Of a stretch of 64,000 bases of DNA, positions 13,781-27,902 are shown piece after piece. Origin of the DNA: Octopus sinensis (taxonomy: Eukaryota); the NCBI RefSeq assembly GCF_006345805.1, contig NC_043002.1, positions 98,394,001-98,458,000 on the forward strand, written 5' to 3'. The number at the start of each line of letters is the position of its first letter. The first letter of the stretch is position 1. Under the pieces are notes generated by a model. The model worked only from the letters and a program-made list of their open reading frames with translations, searched no databases and was not told the DNA's origin. The translations under genes were made by a program, and so were the position numbers.

Positions 13781-15417
13781 TACTTGTTTCTGTCATTCGA
13801 CTGCTGCCATACTGGGGGAACTACCTTTGAGAGTTTTAGTTGAATAAATTGACCCTAGTACTTATTTTTTAAAGTCTAGTGTTTATTTTTGTCAGCTTCT
13901 TTTGCTGAACAGCTAAGTTACTGAGACATAAAGAAATAAACACTAGTTGTGAAGTGTTGGTGGGAAACAAACATAACACACTCACACATGCAAGCATGCA
14001 TGCCGATGGGTTTCTTTCAGTTTTCATCTATGAAATTTACTCACAAAACTTTGGTCAGCTTGGGTTTATAGTAGAAGACACTTGCCCAATGTGCCACTCA
14101 GTTGGCAACCAAGACCACATAGTTGGCAACCAAGCTTCTATCTCAGCCATACTTGCATTTATACTTTGCTTAACTTTTTGTTTTTCTATAAAGCTTCTAA
14201 TACTCTCATCTTGGTTTTATTTCTTAAAGACATCACTTTTCATTTTGGTTTCCTAGGCAACACAGAAGTCAGCCAACAAAAGAGCCTTTATGTGATCACA
14301 TGACTTGATAGAAATAGCAATTTGATCTCCCTCAAATTAGTCACTTTGGATAATATACATCTTTTATTTATTTACTTCTTTCAGTCATTGAGCTGTATCC
14401 ATATTGGGGCACCAATGTAAAGGGTCTGGTCAATCAAATCAGGCCCAGTACTTATTTTAAGTCTAGTACATAGTCTATTGTTTTTTCAACAAACTGCTGA
14501 GTTTTGGGAATGTAAACAAACTGACATCAGTTGTCAAGCAGAGTCTGTTACAACACACACACAAACAAACATGCACACATGCGTGCAACACACACAAACA
14601 TGCATACATGCATGAGCACACACATACACTTAAACAGCACACACCTGCATATGCACACACACACACATACACATACAATCACGCTTTCACTCATGTAAGA
14701 CAGGCTTCAGCGCAGTTTCTTTCTATCTACCAAATTTACTTCCCAAGATACTTGCCCATGATGTCATGTTGTGAGACAAAACCTGAAGATATAACATGGC
14801 TGGAAAATAAAATTTTTAACCACAAAGCCTACTTGTGCCTATAATAAAAAAAAACCCCAAAAAAACCTCAAAAACAGATGGGATCTGGTTGGAACACTTT
14901 TGATCAGGGCTGCTCAATCAGGATTCACCTGGAGCTAAACAACAATTAACACAAGTGACTGTTATTATTGCTGTAGATGGCAGCAAGGTATCGCACCAGT
15001 TTAAAGGTAACTGAGTGCAAAATACTGTTTCAATTGCATTATGAGACTGCCAGTAATTTAGTATTATTGCTTCTAAAATATATAAACTTTCTCTCTCCTC
15101 CTTTTATATCACTGAAGTGTTCATAGATATGTAAGGGACTCATTTATATCGGGTGTTGATTTTTATAACACTTTGGATAGGTGGATGAGTTGGGGGTGTC
15201 TGGAATAATTTCTCTGCCTGCAAAGATCATGCCTGCTTACCACTCATCCTCTCTTCTCCTCCTTATAAGAGATAATTAAATTTTTTTTCTGTTGTCCTCC
15301 TATCAGCAAAATTCTTTTATCTCTCTGCTTCAGGTGAGTGCAAATTGTGCTATAGATAGTGTGTGTGTGTGTATGTGTGTGTGTTTGCATGTTTGTATGT
15401 ATGTATATATCTATCTA

Positions 15418-15448
<31 letters not shown>

Positions 15449-15465
15449 ATCTATCTATCTATCTA

Positions 15466-15498
<33 letters not shown>

Positions 15499-15499
<1 letters not shown>

Positions 15500-15755
15500 A
15501 ATATAAAAAAATACAAACTGGGACAAGAACGTGAAACATTTAGAAGATGATACAAAAAACACGGACGGGACATTCGAAGCCTTCAATCTTCAGTCAAGAA
15601 CCGGATCATCTTCGCAATTTCGGCTGATTAATCTTGAGATTGCTCTGATCTGGCCAGCCCCAAAGGAAAATCTATGCCAAGCGCATTAGATTCCTTGGAA
15701 GAAAGCCTCGAATGTATACAAAACAAGGACGGAAAAACGGACGATGTTACACGAA
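15499..15755. mobile_element. (TA)n-embedded short interspersed repeat (partial second copy ~61391-61518)
   Basis: Shared AATCTTCAGTCAAGAACCGGATCATC.TCGCAATTTCGGCTGATTAATCTTGA; both copies adjoin TA microsatellites. Confidence 0.75.
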
Positions 15756-16018
15756 TATATATATATATGTAGGTGGGGGGTATTTTTTTTCTTGTACTTG
15801 CTTTATGGGACAGTGCCTCACAAGTTTAGCTGATTTTAATTGACTCCAGCACAAATTTTAAGTCTGGTATTTTGCCTTTGTGCTTGTTGTTGTGGAACTA
15901 CTAAGTTAAAGAGATGTAAACAAACTAGTACACACACACACACTCATTGCTGTGATCTACTACATCAACCCTTAATATAAGACTGCTACTGCCTAAGCCA
16001 AAGAGAAACTCTCAGATC

Positions 16019-16720
16019 AGATCTTTTCCATTTGGCTGCTAATTTCAATTTCTGTTCAAATTGATTTCATATTCAGTGTTATAATACACTTTTATAGGCT
16101 AATCAATGCCATGAAAAATCATTTTTGTTATAAATATATAAATAAAGAGTTATTAGCTATTAAAGTTTGAATATTTTGGGTAATTTTAGCCAATTGTAAG
16201 CCACACACATTCATGTCTGTTTCCATAGTAACAAGCCGAACATGAGAACTCTTTTTGTCTGTGAGAAAGCATGTGTTGACAAATATATTGAAACCGCTTG
16301 TTTACACTGTTCTACTATTTTGACCACCAAAAATGCATATGGAATGCTTAAAGATTTGTTGTTTTTTAAATATTTAATTTGTAATGTGCTGTTTAATGCA
16401 TTAAATGCATATTGAATGCTTAACACTACAAAAGATGTGTTGTTTACTTATTTTCTGTGTGTAGAATACTAATATTGACAACACGTGCCATTTTCAGGAT
16501 GTTGACAAAATGATGCACAAAATGACAGCTTCTAAATTCTGTTTCCTGATTGGGTGAAAATGATTAAACTTTAAACCTCTATAATTTTTTAGAAAAAATT
16601 TTCTGGAAAAAGTGAAGTAACTCCAGCATTTCAGCTCAGAAACAACACTAATGCACCAAACTTTAAAATCTTTGATAAACTTTAATTTTTGAAACCTTGG
16701 TAGCCAAATGGAAAAGATCC
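16019..16720. mobile_element. Non-autonomous TIR DNA transposon (~700 bp) with 8-bp TSD
   Basis: TIRs GATCTTTTCCATTTGGCT / AGCCAAATGGAAAAGATC; CTCAGATC duplicated at 16011-16018 and 16721-16728. Confidence 0.8.
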
Positions 16721-18390
16721 CTCAGATCTCCTTTCAGTTAAACTCTGTTGTTCAAAAAGAAGGACTCATTGAATAATGTAGTCCTAGTTATGCTACATTA
16801 AAAAAAAAAAACCCTAAAAAACCTGAAATGTTTGAAAGTGGAGAGCATCACAACATCCTTATTCAGTTTCATTGATGACCTGTGTCTGAAAATGCCTTGG
16901 ATCACTCACCCCTTCATCGACCACACACCAACTCCAGCCCTTTGCTAAATTAAATTAATACCAGGCTGGATAAATGGTTAGGCAAATAGAAAAAGGAAAA
17001 ATTCTGCAAAGTTGGTCAGGATATATTCTGCTTGAGATAGGATGGTTAGAACAAAGCCCTTTCTTTTAGTCAGCATCCCCTTGTTGTGCTACGTAATAAA
17101 TGAAATCTAATAGATTAGGGAAGAATAAATAAATAAATAAATAAATAAATAAAAGTTAAAAAGTAAAACAGCTACAATAAGGATGTAATATTATATATGT
17201 GTTTACTTGTATTATTTTATTTGGAAGAGGGTGAAAGATGTGTAACAATGATTGTTATGATGAAGGACAAGGTAATTTGTTGACGGAAGGATTGAAGGAA
17301 GGAGAGGCAGGATTGATATGAATGAGAGTGTGTGCATTGGCTGTGATGGTATGGGAAGGAGTGGTGGTGGTGGTGGTGATAGAAATGCACAAATAAATAT
17401 CTTATGGACTCGATTTGACAAAGTGGTATGCTAGGCAGAGAGTGTGTAGATTAGTTGAAAGTATTAGTAAGGGATAATTGAGGAAGAGAGGAAATACAAA
17501 AAGACAGGCAGAGAAGGTTGGTAAAGAAAGATGGATAAATAACAGTAAAATAAGGTGTCAAATATAGGTTGAGTGAAGGGGGGGGGGGGATCACATAAGT
17601 AGCTGACAGGATCATAGGAACTGATTGGTGGGGGGGTCGGATATGAGGAGAATAGGGTTTAGCTACTATGCTGTTAGAAATTTAATAAATATTGGTGGTG
17701 TGGTGTTGGACATTGAGTTGGCCAATAGATGCCTGAAGTTAGATTTTTGGATGGAGATGGGTATGAGTGGATGGATTTATGGCTGGAGTCAAACTCACAT
17801 GCATGGATGGTCAATAGAGATAACTGAGACAAAGAGAAACCAGATGCCTTAAATAATTTAGTTTGTCACACTTTGTTTTAAGTTGAAGCTCCATTGAAGT
17901 CAGTGTAGTCATGTGTACTTCTCCCACTTTTGCACAAGTACACACACACATACACACAAACACACACACACAGAGAAAGGGAGAGATTCATTGATTCACT
18001 CATGTCATTATGAATTTGAATCTTCCCCCCACCCCACCTCCATATTGTGAATTGGAAAGATCTGCAAATACAGCATGTCTGTACATGTTTTGATACTCAA
18101 ATTCTTCTGTGAGGCTCCAATATTCTTAAGTTTGCAAGTTTGTCCTAATTATTTCCTTGTAAGCCTAACTTTTTTTTACTATCTTCCACTGTTGACATAT
18201 TGCATTTTATCAACCAGCATTCATTCATAAGACACCTTATTTTGCATCTCTTTCAGGAACCAATATTACTGTCTTTTCTGTATATTTCTGTCAGTGCCTT
18301 TAACATCTGATTATTTTTACTATTCATTTATGCTAAGCATCTCTCACTCAACATTATTTGCATGGGGAAACATTAGCATGCCAGGCAAAA

Positions 18391-18790
18391 AAGGCGGCGA
18401 GCTGCCAGAAATGTTAGCATGCCAGGCAAAATGCTTAGTGGTATTTCGTCTGCCGCTACGTTCTGAGTTCAATTTCCGCCAAGGTTGACTTTGCCTTTCA
18501 TCCTTTTGGGATCGATTAGATAAGTACCAGTTACGCACTGGGGTCGATATAATTGACTTAATCCATTTGTCTGTCCTTGTTTGTCCTCTCTGTGTTCAGC
18601 TCCTTGTGGGTAGTAAAGAAATAGGTATTTCGTCTGTCTTTACGTTCTGAGATCCAATTCTGCCAAGGTCGACTTTGCCTTTCATCCTTTCAGGGTCGAT
18701 AAATTAAGTACCAGTTGTGTACTGGAGTCAATCTAATTGATTGGCCCCCTCCCCAGAAATTTTGGGCCTTGTGCCTAGAATAGATAAGAA
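18391..18790 (+). mobile_element. SINE family B, tandem/nested dimer
   Basis: A full copy to ~18623, then the body restarts at GGTATTTCGTCTG with a different 3' end. Confidence 0.8.
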
Positions 18791-19732
18791 CATTACATGC
18801 ACATGGAATAGACCAAATTCATGATTCCATTCTTGTTCTGCAGATCTTTTGCATTTATTCTACAAAACTTGCTGCAACATAGCCTCAGACATCTTGCATA
18901 TTATTTAGATAGAGCATGCTCTTTGTATTTTCTCTCTTGTTTTCCATTATTTTATTTGTTTATATAAAAAGCTGGTATGGTAAAGAATTTGGTTCTTTCA
19001 TTCAAATTTTCCATTCCTTGCAATCACTGTAAACTTTTCTACTGAATTCTATTATTTCTTCTTGCTTGTGTAAAACTTCACCATTATTTGGAATTTTGCA
19101 AGTGAAAGAAAATTTTGCTAGAAAAGAAAATTTTGAAGAAAAAATCCATAAAAATATTAAGATAAAAATTTGCTGATATTATCCATAATCATATCTTCCA
19201 AATAACATTTAACATTTTTCAAACCATTTTGATTTTTCTACCTCCCTGTGCTCCTTCCCTCCCTCCTCCCCTCTCTCTCTTTTTCTCTCTCTTTCTTTCT
19301 TTCTTTCTCTCTCTCAATTCTCCATTCCTATCTCTAAACAGTGATGCCATTTTCAAATAATGGCATTTTTCTTCTTGATACTATCATAATGAAGATGATG
19401 CCAAATGATGGCATCTCTTCTCAACGTACAAAAAGCTCTTAGATAATTTCTTGCAACTTATGTCTGTCAACTGCTAAGAGCAGAAAATGATGAGAGGAAT
19501 CATAGACTTAATAATACACAGGTGACATTTACAATACAGATATAATCAACAGACAAACATACATTTCCGATTGCACTCACATAAATCTAAAGAACTTGAA
19601 ATACACATTTTTTTTAAATACATTACTGTAAAGCTTTCTATACAGCATCTCCAACAATAACCATCAAGTAAATATCTGGAATAGATTTGGAGGAAAGAAA
19701 GAATGGCGTTCCCTGGTACTCAAAGATCAATA

Positions 19733-20170
19733 CTCTTTTTACTCTTTTTACTCTTTTTACTCGTTTTACTCTTTTACTTGTTTCAGTCATTTGACTGCAG
19801 CCATGCTGGAGCACTGCCTTTAATCGAGCAACTCGACCCCGGGACTTATTCTTTTGTAAGCCCAGTACTTATTCTATCGGTCTCTTTTGCCGAACCGCTA
19901 AGTAACGGGGACATAAACACACCAGCATCAGTTGTCAAGCAATGCTAGGGGGACAAACACAGACACACAAACACACACACGCATATATATATATATACAT
20001 TTATACGACGGGCTTCTTTCAGTTTCCATCTACCAAATCCACTCACAAGGCTTTGGTCGGCCTGAGGCTATAGTAGAAGACACTTGCCCAAGGTGCCACG
20101 CAGTGGGACTGAACCTGGAACCAGGAACCATGTGGTTGGTAAGCAAGCTACTTACCACACAGCCACTCCT
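19733..20170 (-). mobile_element. SINE family A
   Basis: Full-length match to 11221-11621, with a (CTCTTTTTA)n tail. Confidence 0.9.
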
Positions 20171-21475
20171 GCGCCTTCATCAATGTTGATGAAGATTTTG
20201 CTTTATATGTAATATCATAGTTTATTATATGTTATATGCTTGTATGGATTTGAATGAAATGTGACAATTAGGGCTGAATCTGAAGGTTATGAAAGCCATA
20301 ATGGCCATGGAGTTGGGTGGAGAACACATTGGTATAGGTTTGAAAAAATAAGCTACAACAAAAGGCTGATAAGAAGAAGGTTATGATGGGAAAATTGAAA
20401 AATTCTTTTATCTCTTTGGAAAGTTGAGAAGCTTGTAGAAACCATATTAGACATCTGTCAGATTAAATAGCAATTTAAGTGGTTCTTTGTTTAAAAAAAA
20501 AATGCAACATGAAAGCATAATTATATTCCAACAGTTAATGATATGCAATCTTTTTGAATTATTGTTTATTACTTTAAGAAAAACGAGCAATGCCGAAGTT
20601 TGTTAGACTGAATGTTTGGAATATCTTGATGCGATTAGAGCTTTTGTTTTTCAGTTTGAATTGTTTCAGATTCATCAGTAGAAGGAATGCATGCATAGGA
20701 AGCAAAGAATATACAGTGGATATTCGGTAATGTGCTTTGATTAGGGGTTGGAGTGGAACTCTTAATGGTTTGAAAGGCATAGCTAATTATTTAGTCAATA
20801 CTGGTTTGTTTTGCCCAGACAACTTTCAGACTTGACTTCAATATATTAGTGACAGATGACAAAATGAATCAAGTCTTATGAAGTCTGAAAACAGAAGTAT
20901 GACATTCCAAAGTAGATATCATAAAACATTTAGACTAGTGCCCTAGTATTTGTACTTAATCTGTCAAATGCATCATTAACACTGGAATTATTTAATGCCT
21001 TATTCAGACATCTAGTTACTTAATATCCTTACAATCACTTACATCATTATTGCTACAACATCTCAAAAAAAATAACTTCATCATAAAATCTTCTCCACAC
21101 ATTACACTATCTACAAACACCATTTCAAAACTCAACACTACAGTGAAAATCTCCTGACTTTCACAAAAAAAAAAAAAAGGTGTTTCAGTTCATCCATATT
21201 TTTTCCACAACAAAGTATACTTTTATTTACTTAGATTTAATTAATTAGTAAGAATTTGTTTCTAATATCTCCCATTGTCACCTTTGCCTACAAGCAAGAT
21301 TATCATTATCCTTGAAATCATCACTACTGCTGCCATCTCTACTATTATTATTGTCATTGTCATCACCACAAATCATCACTACTGTTATCATCATCACTAT
21401 CACCACCATCATCATCATTGCTGCCATCACCACCATACTACTTCCACCCACTGCCATTAATACCAATGCCAATAT

Positions 21476-21703
21476 CTATTTCTTTACTACCCACAAGGGG
21501 CTAAACACAGAGGGGACAAACAAGGACAGAGAAATGGATTAAGTCGATTAGATCGACTCCAGTGCATAACTGGTACTTATTTAATCTACCCTGAAAGGAT
21601 GAAAGGCAAAGTCGGCCTCGGCGGAATTTGAACTCAGAACGTAGCGGCAGACGAAATACCTCTGAGCATTTCGCACGGCGTGCTAACATCTCTGCCAGCT
21701 CGC
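21476..21703 (-). mobile_element. SINE family B
   Basis: Full match; TSD CCAATATC. Confidence 0.85.
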
Positions 21704-22752
21704 CCAATATCATCATCCTCACCATCATCACCACCACTATTGCCACTTTCATCACTATTACCATCATCATCATCATTACCAATCCATTGTGACCAACACA
21801 ACCATTGCTATGACCAACTCCAGCACCAGCATGCCGTTGCCACCATTCCCACCTACAACTACCACCATCATTATCATCACCACATTATGCTACCATGTTA
21901 CTATTTCGAAAATACCAGTTTGGTTAGTTTCAGGTATTTTGATACACAGAGTATGTTAACATGAAATAATATAATGGAAACAATCTTTAGTACTTACTAA
22001 GATTTGGACTTTGAAAAGGTTTTCAATACCAATTGATCTAAAAAGTCATTGATCTGAGAAACAATTAGGCAGTGAGTTAAATCTACTCATAGAAGATATG
22101 CAGTCATATGGCAGATGGTTTCCATACAAGCATATAAATGTGTTATAGCATGAAAGCAATATGGAAAAGATGGTAGGAACTATAAAAGCTAAAGATCAGA
22201 TTTGATAAATAGGAGTTTGTTTGATCTTGGAAGTGTTGCAGAATCTTCAGTAGGGTACTTGAGGTTGTGATACAGAAGAGGTATGTAGTATAGGCAAGCT
22301 AATAAGTGCAGATGTAACATGCATTTTTCATTTTACTAAATCGAGTATGGAGTGTAGTGTATACACAGAAATATCTATGCATCATCATTGTCAATCATTG
22401 TCACCACCACCACCACCACCACCACCACCACCACTTCCATCCTTATTGCTGCTGCTACTACATGAATAAGCTAGGGGGACAAAACTCCTCCACTAGCTCA
22501 CAACTGATTCCAAGAGAGATAGGAAAAGATAGGTAAGAAATGAAGAATTGGTCTTCAACACTTGACAGGGAACTTTAACATATATTGATCTCAGATATAT
22601 GAAAGACATTTACTGAAGGGGTTACTCTATACAGAGAACGGAGTCAAGTTTATTTTAAAATACAAGTTAATAAGGACGTCAAATTTTGCCATTCAGCTTA
22701 TTTGTAAACCAGTTGGTGAAACTTGAAGTCTTAGGCAATACATAACGTGTGT

Positions 22753-22785
<33 letters not shown>

Positions 22786-23130
22786 GTTTAACGTCCGTTT
22801 TCCATGCTAGCACAGGTTGGACGGTTCGACTGGGGTCTGGGAAGCCAGGAGGCTGCACCAGGCTCCAGTCTGATCTGGCAGTGTTTCTACAGCTGGATAC
22901 CTTTCCTAACGCTAACCACTCCGTGAGTGTAGTGGGTGCTTTTTACGTGCCACCAGCACAGGTGCCAGGGGAGCCTGGCAGCGGCCACGATCGGTTGGTG
23001 CTTTTTACATGTCACCGGCACAGAAGCCAGTCAAGGCGGCGCTGGCATCGGCCACATTTGGATGGTGCTTTTTATGTGCCACTGGCACAGGTATCACAAC
23101 TACTATTTCCACTGATATTTATTTTGATGT
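22753..23130 (-). mobile_element. RTE LINE 3' UTR fragment
   Basis: (CAT)n plus the conserved 3' UTR with internal GTGCCAC repeats. Confidence 0.8.
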
Positions 23131-23570
23131 TCATACATATATTGTATATGCTTGTGCATATGCATATACATGTATGCATGTGAACATATATCTATATATA
23201 TATAACAAACTAGGTATAGGTATACCTATCCATCATTTGTTATTTATTTATGATTCACCGCTCTCAGTACCTGTTCCTTGCATGTTCCGAAATGTATTAT
23301 GGACTGTATATTGCTTTTCTGGATTAGCCTAAGGGCTAGTAATATACTCAGTAGGGTTCAATTAATTGTATACATAACCTGAATATCTTTCTGCCTGTAC
23401 ATCTGTATCAACGTTTGTATTCGTCTATAGTTGCTGTGTATGCAATTTAATTTTGACCTGACCAAGTGCTTTACCATCTAAGTGCCTGATTCACCTGAAT
23501 TTTAATATATTGTATGTATGTATGTATGTATGTATGTATGTATGTATGAATGTATGTGTGTGTGTGTGTG

Positions 23571-23609
<39 letters not shown>

Positions 23610-23716
23610 GATATAAAATCATTCTCTCACACACATTGTACTTCTAGGTCAGCTTGTTTGTTTTATATATATTTCATACAAACATACATGTGTAAGCATA
23701 AAGTACACAGCTGCAA

Positions 23717-23779
<63 letters not shown>

Positions 23780-24764
23780 TACACACACACACATGTACAC
23801 ACACACACACATATATGTATGCACATATAACATCATATCTGCTGTTTGCAGTAACGTATAACAGTAACTAAGAAAAACATTCTCAGTAGCTATATGGGGG
23901 TAGGAGATGTTTAAAAAAAACCTTTAAAAGAAACAAACATCCACTTTCTCTTCCCTAAGGTAAGTCAGAGATATTTATAGTTTAAACACAGCACTTGTTT
24001 TAAGTTTCTTTACATTGATATTTAGGCCCTGAAAATTTCTCTTATGCCTTTCTCTTTGTTTCATTGTCTTACCTTTCTCCCTCACTTCTATTCTTACTTT
24101 CATTCTCTGTCCCCTCACATACTCCCTTATTTTCCTTTTTTTTTTTCTTTTTACATTTTTTTTTTTCAATTGGATTCTAAATCTGGCATATTCTATTTTT
24201 GTATATGGTGGCTTCTTTCTATTTTCATTGCAATGAAATGCTATGGTATAATACTCATCTATTCCTACCCCCTCTTATTTGCTGCTCTTCAAGTGACAGG
24301 TGAGGTGTTTTCTCCTGTGCTGACTTACATCAGAAGATACCTTGCATTTTTACTATTCAGCAGATTAACTGGTATTATTTTACTATTACATTAATCTCAC
24401 GTGACAAGTGCAACAGTAAAAATTTACTGCGGAGGGGGGGGAGGCACAGAATTGAAGAGGGGTATGGGGCTAAAATGTAAAAAATTAAATTATTTTTGAC
24501 AAAAAATTCTTTTACAGAAGAAAACAACCACCATATTTCTTGCATTTATCCTTCTTTATGCGGTAGTAACAGCTTCTCCAAAAGTCCACCAATCACAAGA
24601 TTACACCCATCATGTAAGACAGGTGTACTAGTAAAAAATTTACCTGTTAGCTAATGAGTTAAAGCTTTCCTCATAGGCTCTGGAGCATCTATTTATTAAA
24701 CATTTCTTAATTCCAACTTCATTTCTTTCTTTTATCAATTCTATCTGCCTTTTCTTTCTGTTGA

Positions 24765-24781
24765 CTTTATTATTATTATCA

Positions 24782-24812
<31 letters not shown>

Positions 24813-25005
24813 TATTATTATTATCATTATTATTGTTATTATTATTATCATTATTATTGTTATTATTATTATCATTATTACTATTATTATTATTATCATT
24901 ATTATTGTTATCATTATTATTATTATTACTATTATTATTATTATCATTATTATTGTTATCATTATTATTATCATTATTGTTATTATTATTATTATTATTA
25001 TTATT
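24765..25005. repeat. (ATT)n microsatellite
   Basis: Direct reading. Confidence 0.95.
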
Positions 25006-25208
25006 CAGTAGTTTTATTTTTATAGCGTGCTTTCACTTCACTACCGAGCGCAGCTCTGTGTGCCTTAGGTATGTGCTGTGATTTGTTGTGATGCTCTGAT
25101 GGTTATTGTATGGAAAGTGTTCTGCGTAGGATGTGTGCAGTGCCTTGTAGTGCAATTTTCTGTATGTTATATGTGTTTGTAAGTCCTGGTGTTTTTGTTA
25201 TGTATTTG

Positions 25209-25257
<49 letters not shown>

Positions 25258-25291
25258 TATTGTTGTTATTATTATTATTGTTGTTGTTGTT

Positions 25292-25936
25292 AAGGTGGTG
25301 TGCTGGCAGAATAGTTAGCATGCTGGGCAAAATGATTAGCAGTATTTTGTCTGTCTTCACATTCTGAGTTCAAATTCTGCCGAGGTTAGCTTTGATTTTC
25401 ATCTTTTCAGGGTTCATAAATTAAGTACCAGTGAAATACAGGGGTTGATATAATCAACTGGTCCAAATGGCTGCCCTTGTGGCAAAATTTGAAACCGTTG
25501 TTGTTGTCGTTGTCGTTCTTCTTCTTCTTCCTTTACACACTGCCAATAATTTTCAAGAGACAAGTTGATTACATCAACCTCAGTATTTGACTGGTACTTT
25601 ATTTTATAGGGCCCAAAAATGTGAAAAGCTAAGTTGACCTTGACAGTATTTGAACTCAAAATGTATGTTACTTAGCATTTTGTCCACTGCTGAGTATTAG
25701 TTTGCCATCTTAATAATAATAATAATAATAATAATAATCCCTTCTACTACAGGCACAATGCCTGAAATTTGGGGAGAGGTGGTTAGTCATTTATATCAAC
25801 TTCAGTGCTCAATTGATATTTATTTTACTGGTTCCGAAAGGATGAAAGGCAAATTTAAACTTGGAACATTAAGAGTGGATGAAATGCCATTGTGCATCTT
25901 TGTTCAATGTTCTAACAATTGTGCTAGTTTGCCACT
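25292..25936. mobile_element. Cluster of diverged SINE family B copies (25292-25495 +, ~25540-25710 -, ~25738-25936 -)
   Basis: Recurrent CTGAGTTCAAATTC / TTTGAACTC and AAGTACCAGT motifs. Confidence 0.65.
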
Positions 25937-25959
25937 TTAAAATTGATAATAATGATAGT

Positions 25960-26625
25960 ATGCTCTGCTGGATGTGTAATGTCAGTGTGCATACATGACA
26001 GAGTGTAAGCGCCCTGAGAAAAAAGTTGGACATAAGAAGCATTGGATGTAGTGTGCAAGAGAGACAACTGCACTGGTATGGTCATGTGTTGCACATGGAT
26101 GAGGACAGCTGTGTAAAGAAGTGTCACACCCTAACAGTGGAGGGAACCTGTGGAAGAAGTAGACCCAGGAAGACCTGGGATGAGATGGTGAAGCACGACC
26201 TTCGAGCGTTGGGTCTCACAGAGGTAATGACAAGCAACTAAGACCTTTGAAGATATGCTGTCCTTGGGAAAACCCGGTGGCGCATAAAAAACACTATTTG
26301 AGTGTGGCTGATGCCAGTGCTGGTGGCAAGTAAAAAGCACTGTTTGAGCATGATCAATGCTAGTGCCGCCTGACTGGCTCCTGTGTCGGTGGCATGTAAA
26401 AAGTACTATTTGAGTGTGATCAATGCCAGTACTACCTGACTGGCACCCATGATGGTGGCACATAAAAAGCACCCACTACACTCTCAGAGTGGTTAGTGTT
26501 AGGAAGGACATTCAGGTGTGGAAATCTTGCAAGAGCAGATTGGAGCTCGGTGCAGCTTCATGGCTTACCAGTCCTCAGTCAAACTGTCCAACCCATGCCA
26601 ACTTGAAAAGCGGATGTTAAATGAA
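25960..26625 (+). mobile_element. RTE-clade LINE 3' fragment (RT C-terminal pseudogene plus 3' UTR)
   Basis: Translation QERQLHWYGHVLHMDEDSCVKK...GRSRPRKTWDEMVKHDL matches the RTE C-terminal RLRWxGHVxRM...RGRPxxxW motif. It is followed by the 3' UTR repeated about 10 times in the window. Confidence 0.85.
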
Positions 26626-27233
26626 TAATACTAATAATAATAATAATAATGATCTTCCTTTCTACTAAAGGCACAGGGCCTGAAGTTTTGGGGGAGGGGG
26701 TTTAGTCAGCCCCAGTGTTTCACTTGTACTTAGTTTATCAACTCCAAAATGATGAAATGCAAAGACGACCTCAGCGGAATTTGAACTCGGAATGTAAAGA
26801 TGGAGGAAATGTCGCTAAGCATTTTGTTCTGTGTGCTAATGATTCTACCGACTTGCTGCTTTTAACAACAACAACATAATAACAATGACTGATGATGATT
26901 ATAAGAACAATAATGATAATAATATTAGTGGTGGTGGCAATAATATTACTGCCCAATTATGATATTGAATCATGTGGTCAATAATGGTTGTGATGATGAT
27001 AATGCTGATTAGTATGCAAGCAGAAGATAATGGGTAAAATTGGCAAATTAATAATACATATTAAACGTAATCAATGAAGCAAGTATTGAATAACCTTCAG
27101 TTTCAGTGTACAACCATTGATCTTGTTTTTCATATTGATAGAAAAGAGATCAATCAGTGAATAGCCAATATAGTTTCAAATATAATATCAAATATTTTGG
27201 TTTTTTTATTGTTTTTTTTTTTTTTCTTTTCAG

Positions 27234-27245
27234 AAAGGTCAATCA
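27234..27245 (+). other. Candidate 12-nt microexon AAAGGTCAATCA
   Basis: ~30-nt T-rich tract + CAG (27231-33), then 12 nt, then GTAAGT (27246-51). Confidence 0.45.
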
Positions 27246-27850
27246 GTAAGTAACTATTATGTTTCAAAGTTGCACTTGCTTGTCAAGGAATTTACTTGAT
27301 TTGTGATCTTGTGTTGAAACAGAAATAGTTTATAATTTGGAAGAGTAATTTTAGCCATTTAGAATTACACATAAAAAATTCTACTTTCACTTTCATTTGC
27401 TTCTTGATAATTATTTGTAACTTCAGTACAAAGATAAAAAATTTTGAAGGGAAATTCAGTTGATTAATAAATTAAGTCCAGTGTTTGATTGGTACTTTAT
27501 TTCATTAACACTATAAAGCTGAGTGGCAAAGTTCACCTCAGGTATTTGAACTCAGAGCTCAGATATTTATTGTTTAATAATATCAATTACAAAGGGTCAA
27601 AAAGCATCTTCACACATTCACATCTTTGTCATTACAGTTCTATTACAGAAGTGCAATAAAACTTTTTGACACTGCTCAATAGATATTGCTATCAAGAAAT
27701 ATACCAAAATAAATGTAACAATTTTTGCTAATGTTTTTTAAATTACTAGCATAACTTTTCCAAGATGTGACCACTGCATTGTTATATATAATCAGATAGT
27801 ATCACGATTACCTTCTTCAGTCTGTCTTATAAAACACACATGTAAAACAG

Positions 27851-27902
<52 letters not shown>

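Noticed and set aside
15560-15600. Minus-strand CTGAAGA-TT-GAA-GGC-TTC-GAATGTC as a hammerhead
   Set aside because: Lacks the GAAA box and stem I pairing, and the stem is not kept in the 61.4 kb copy.
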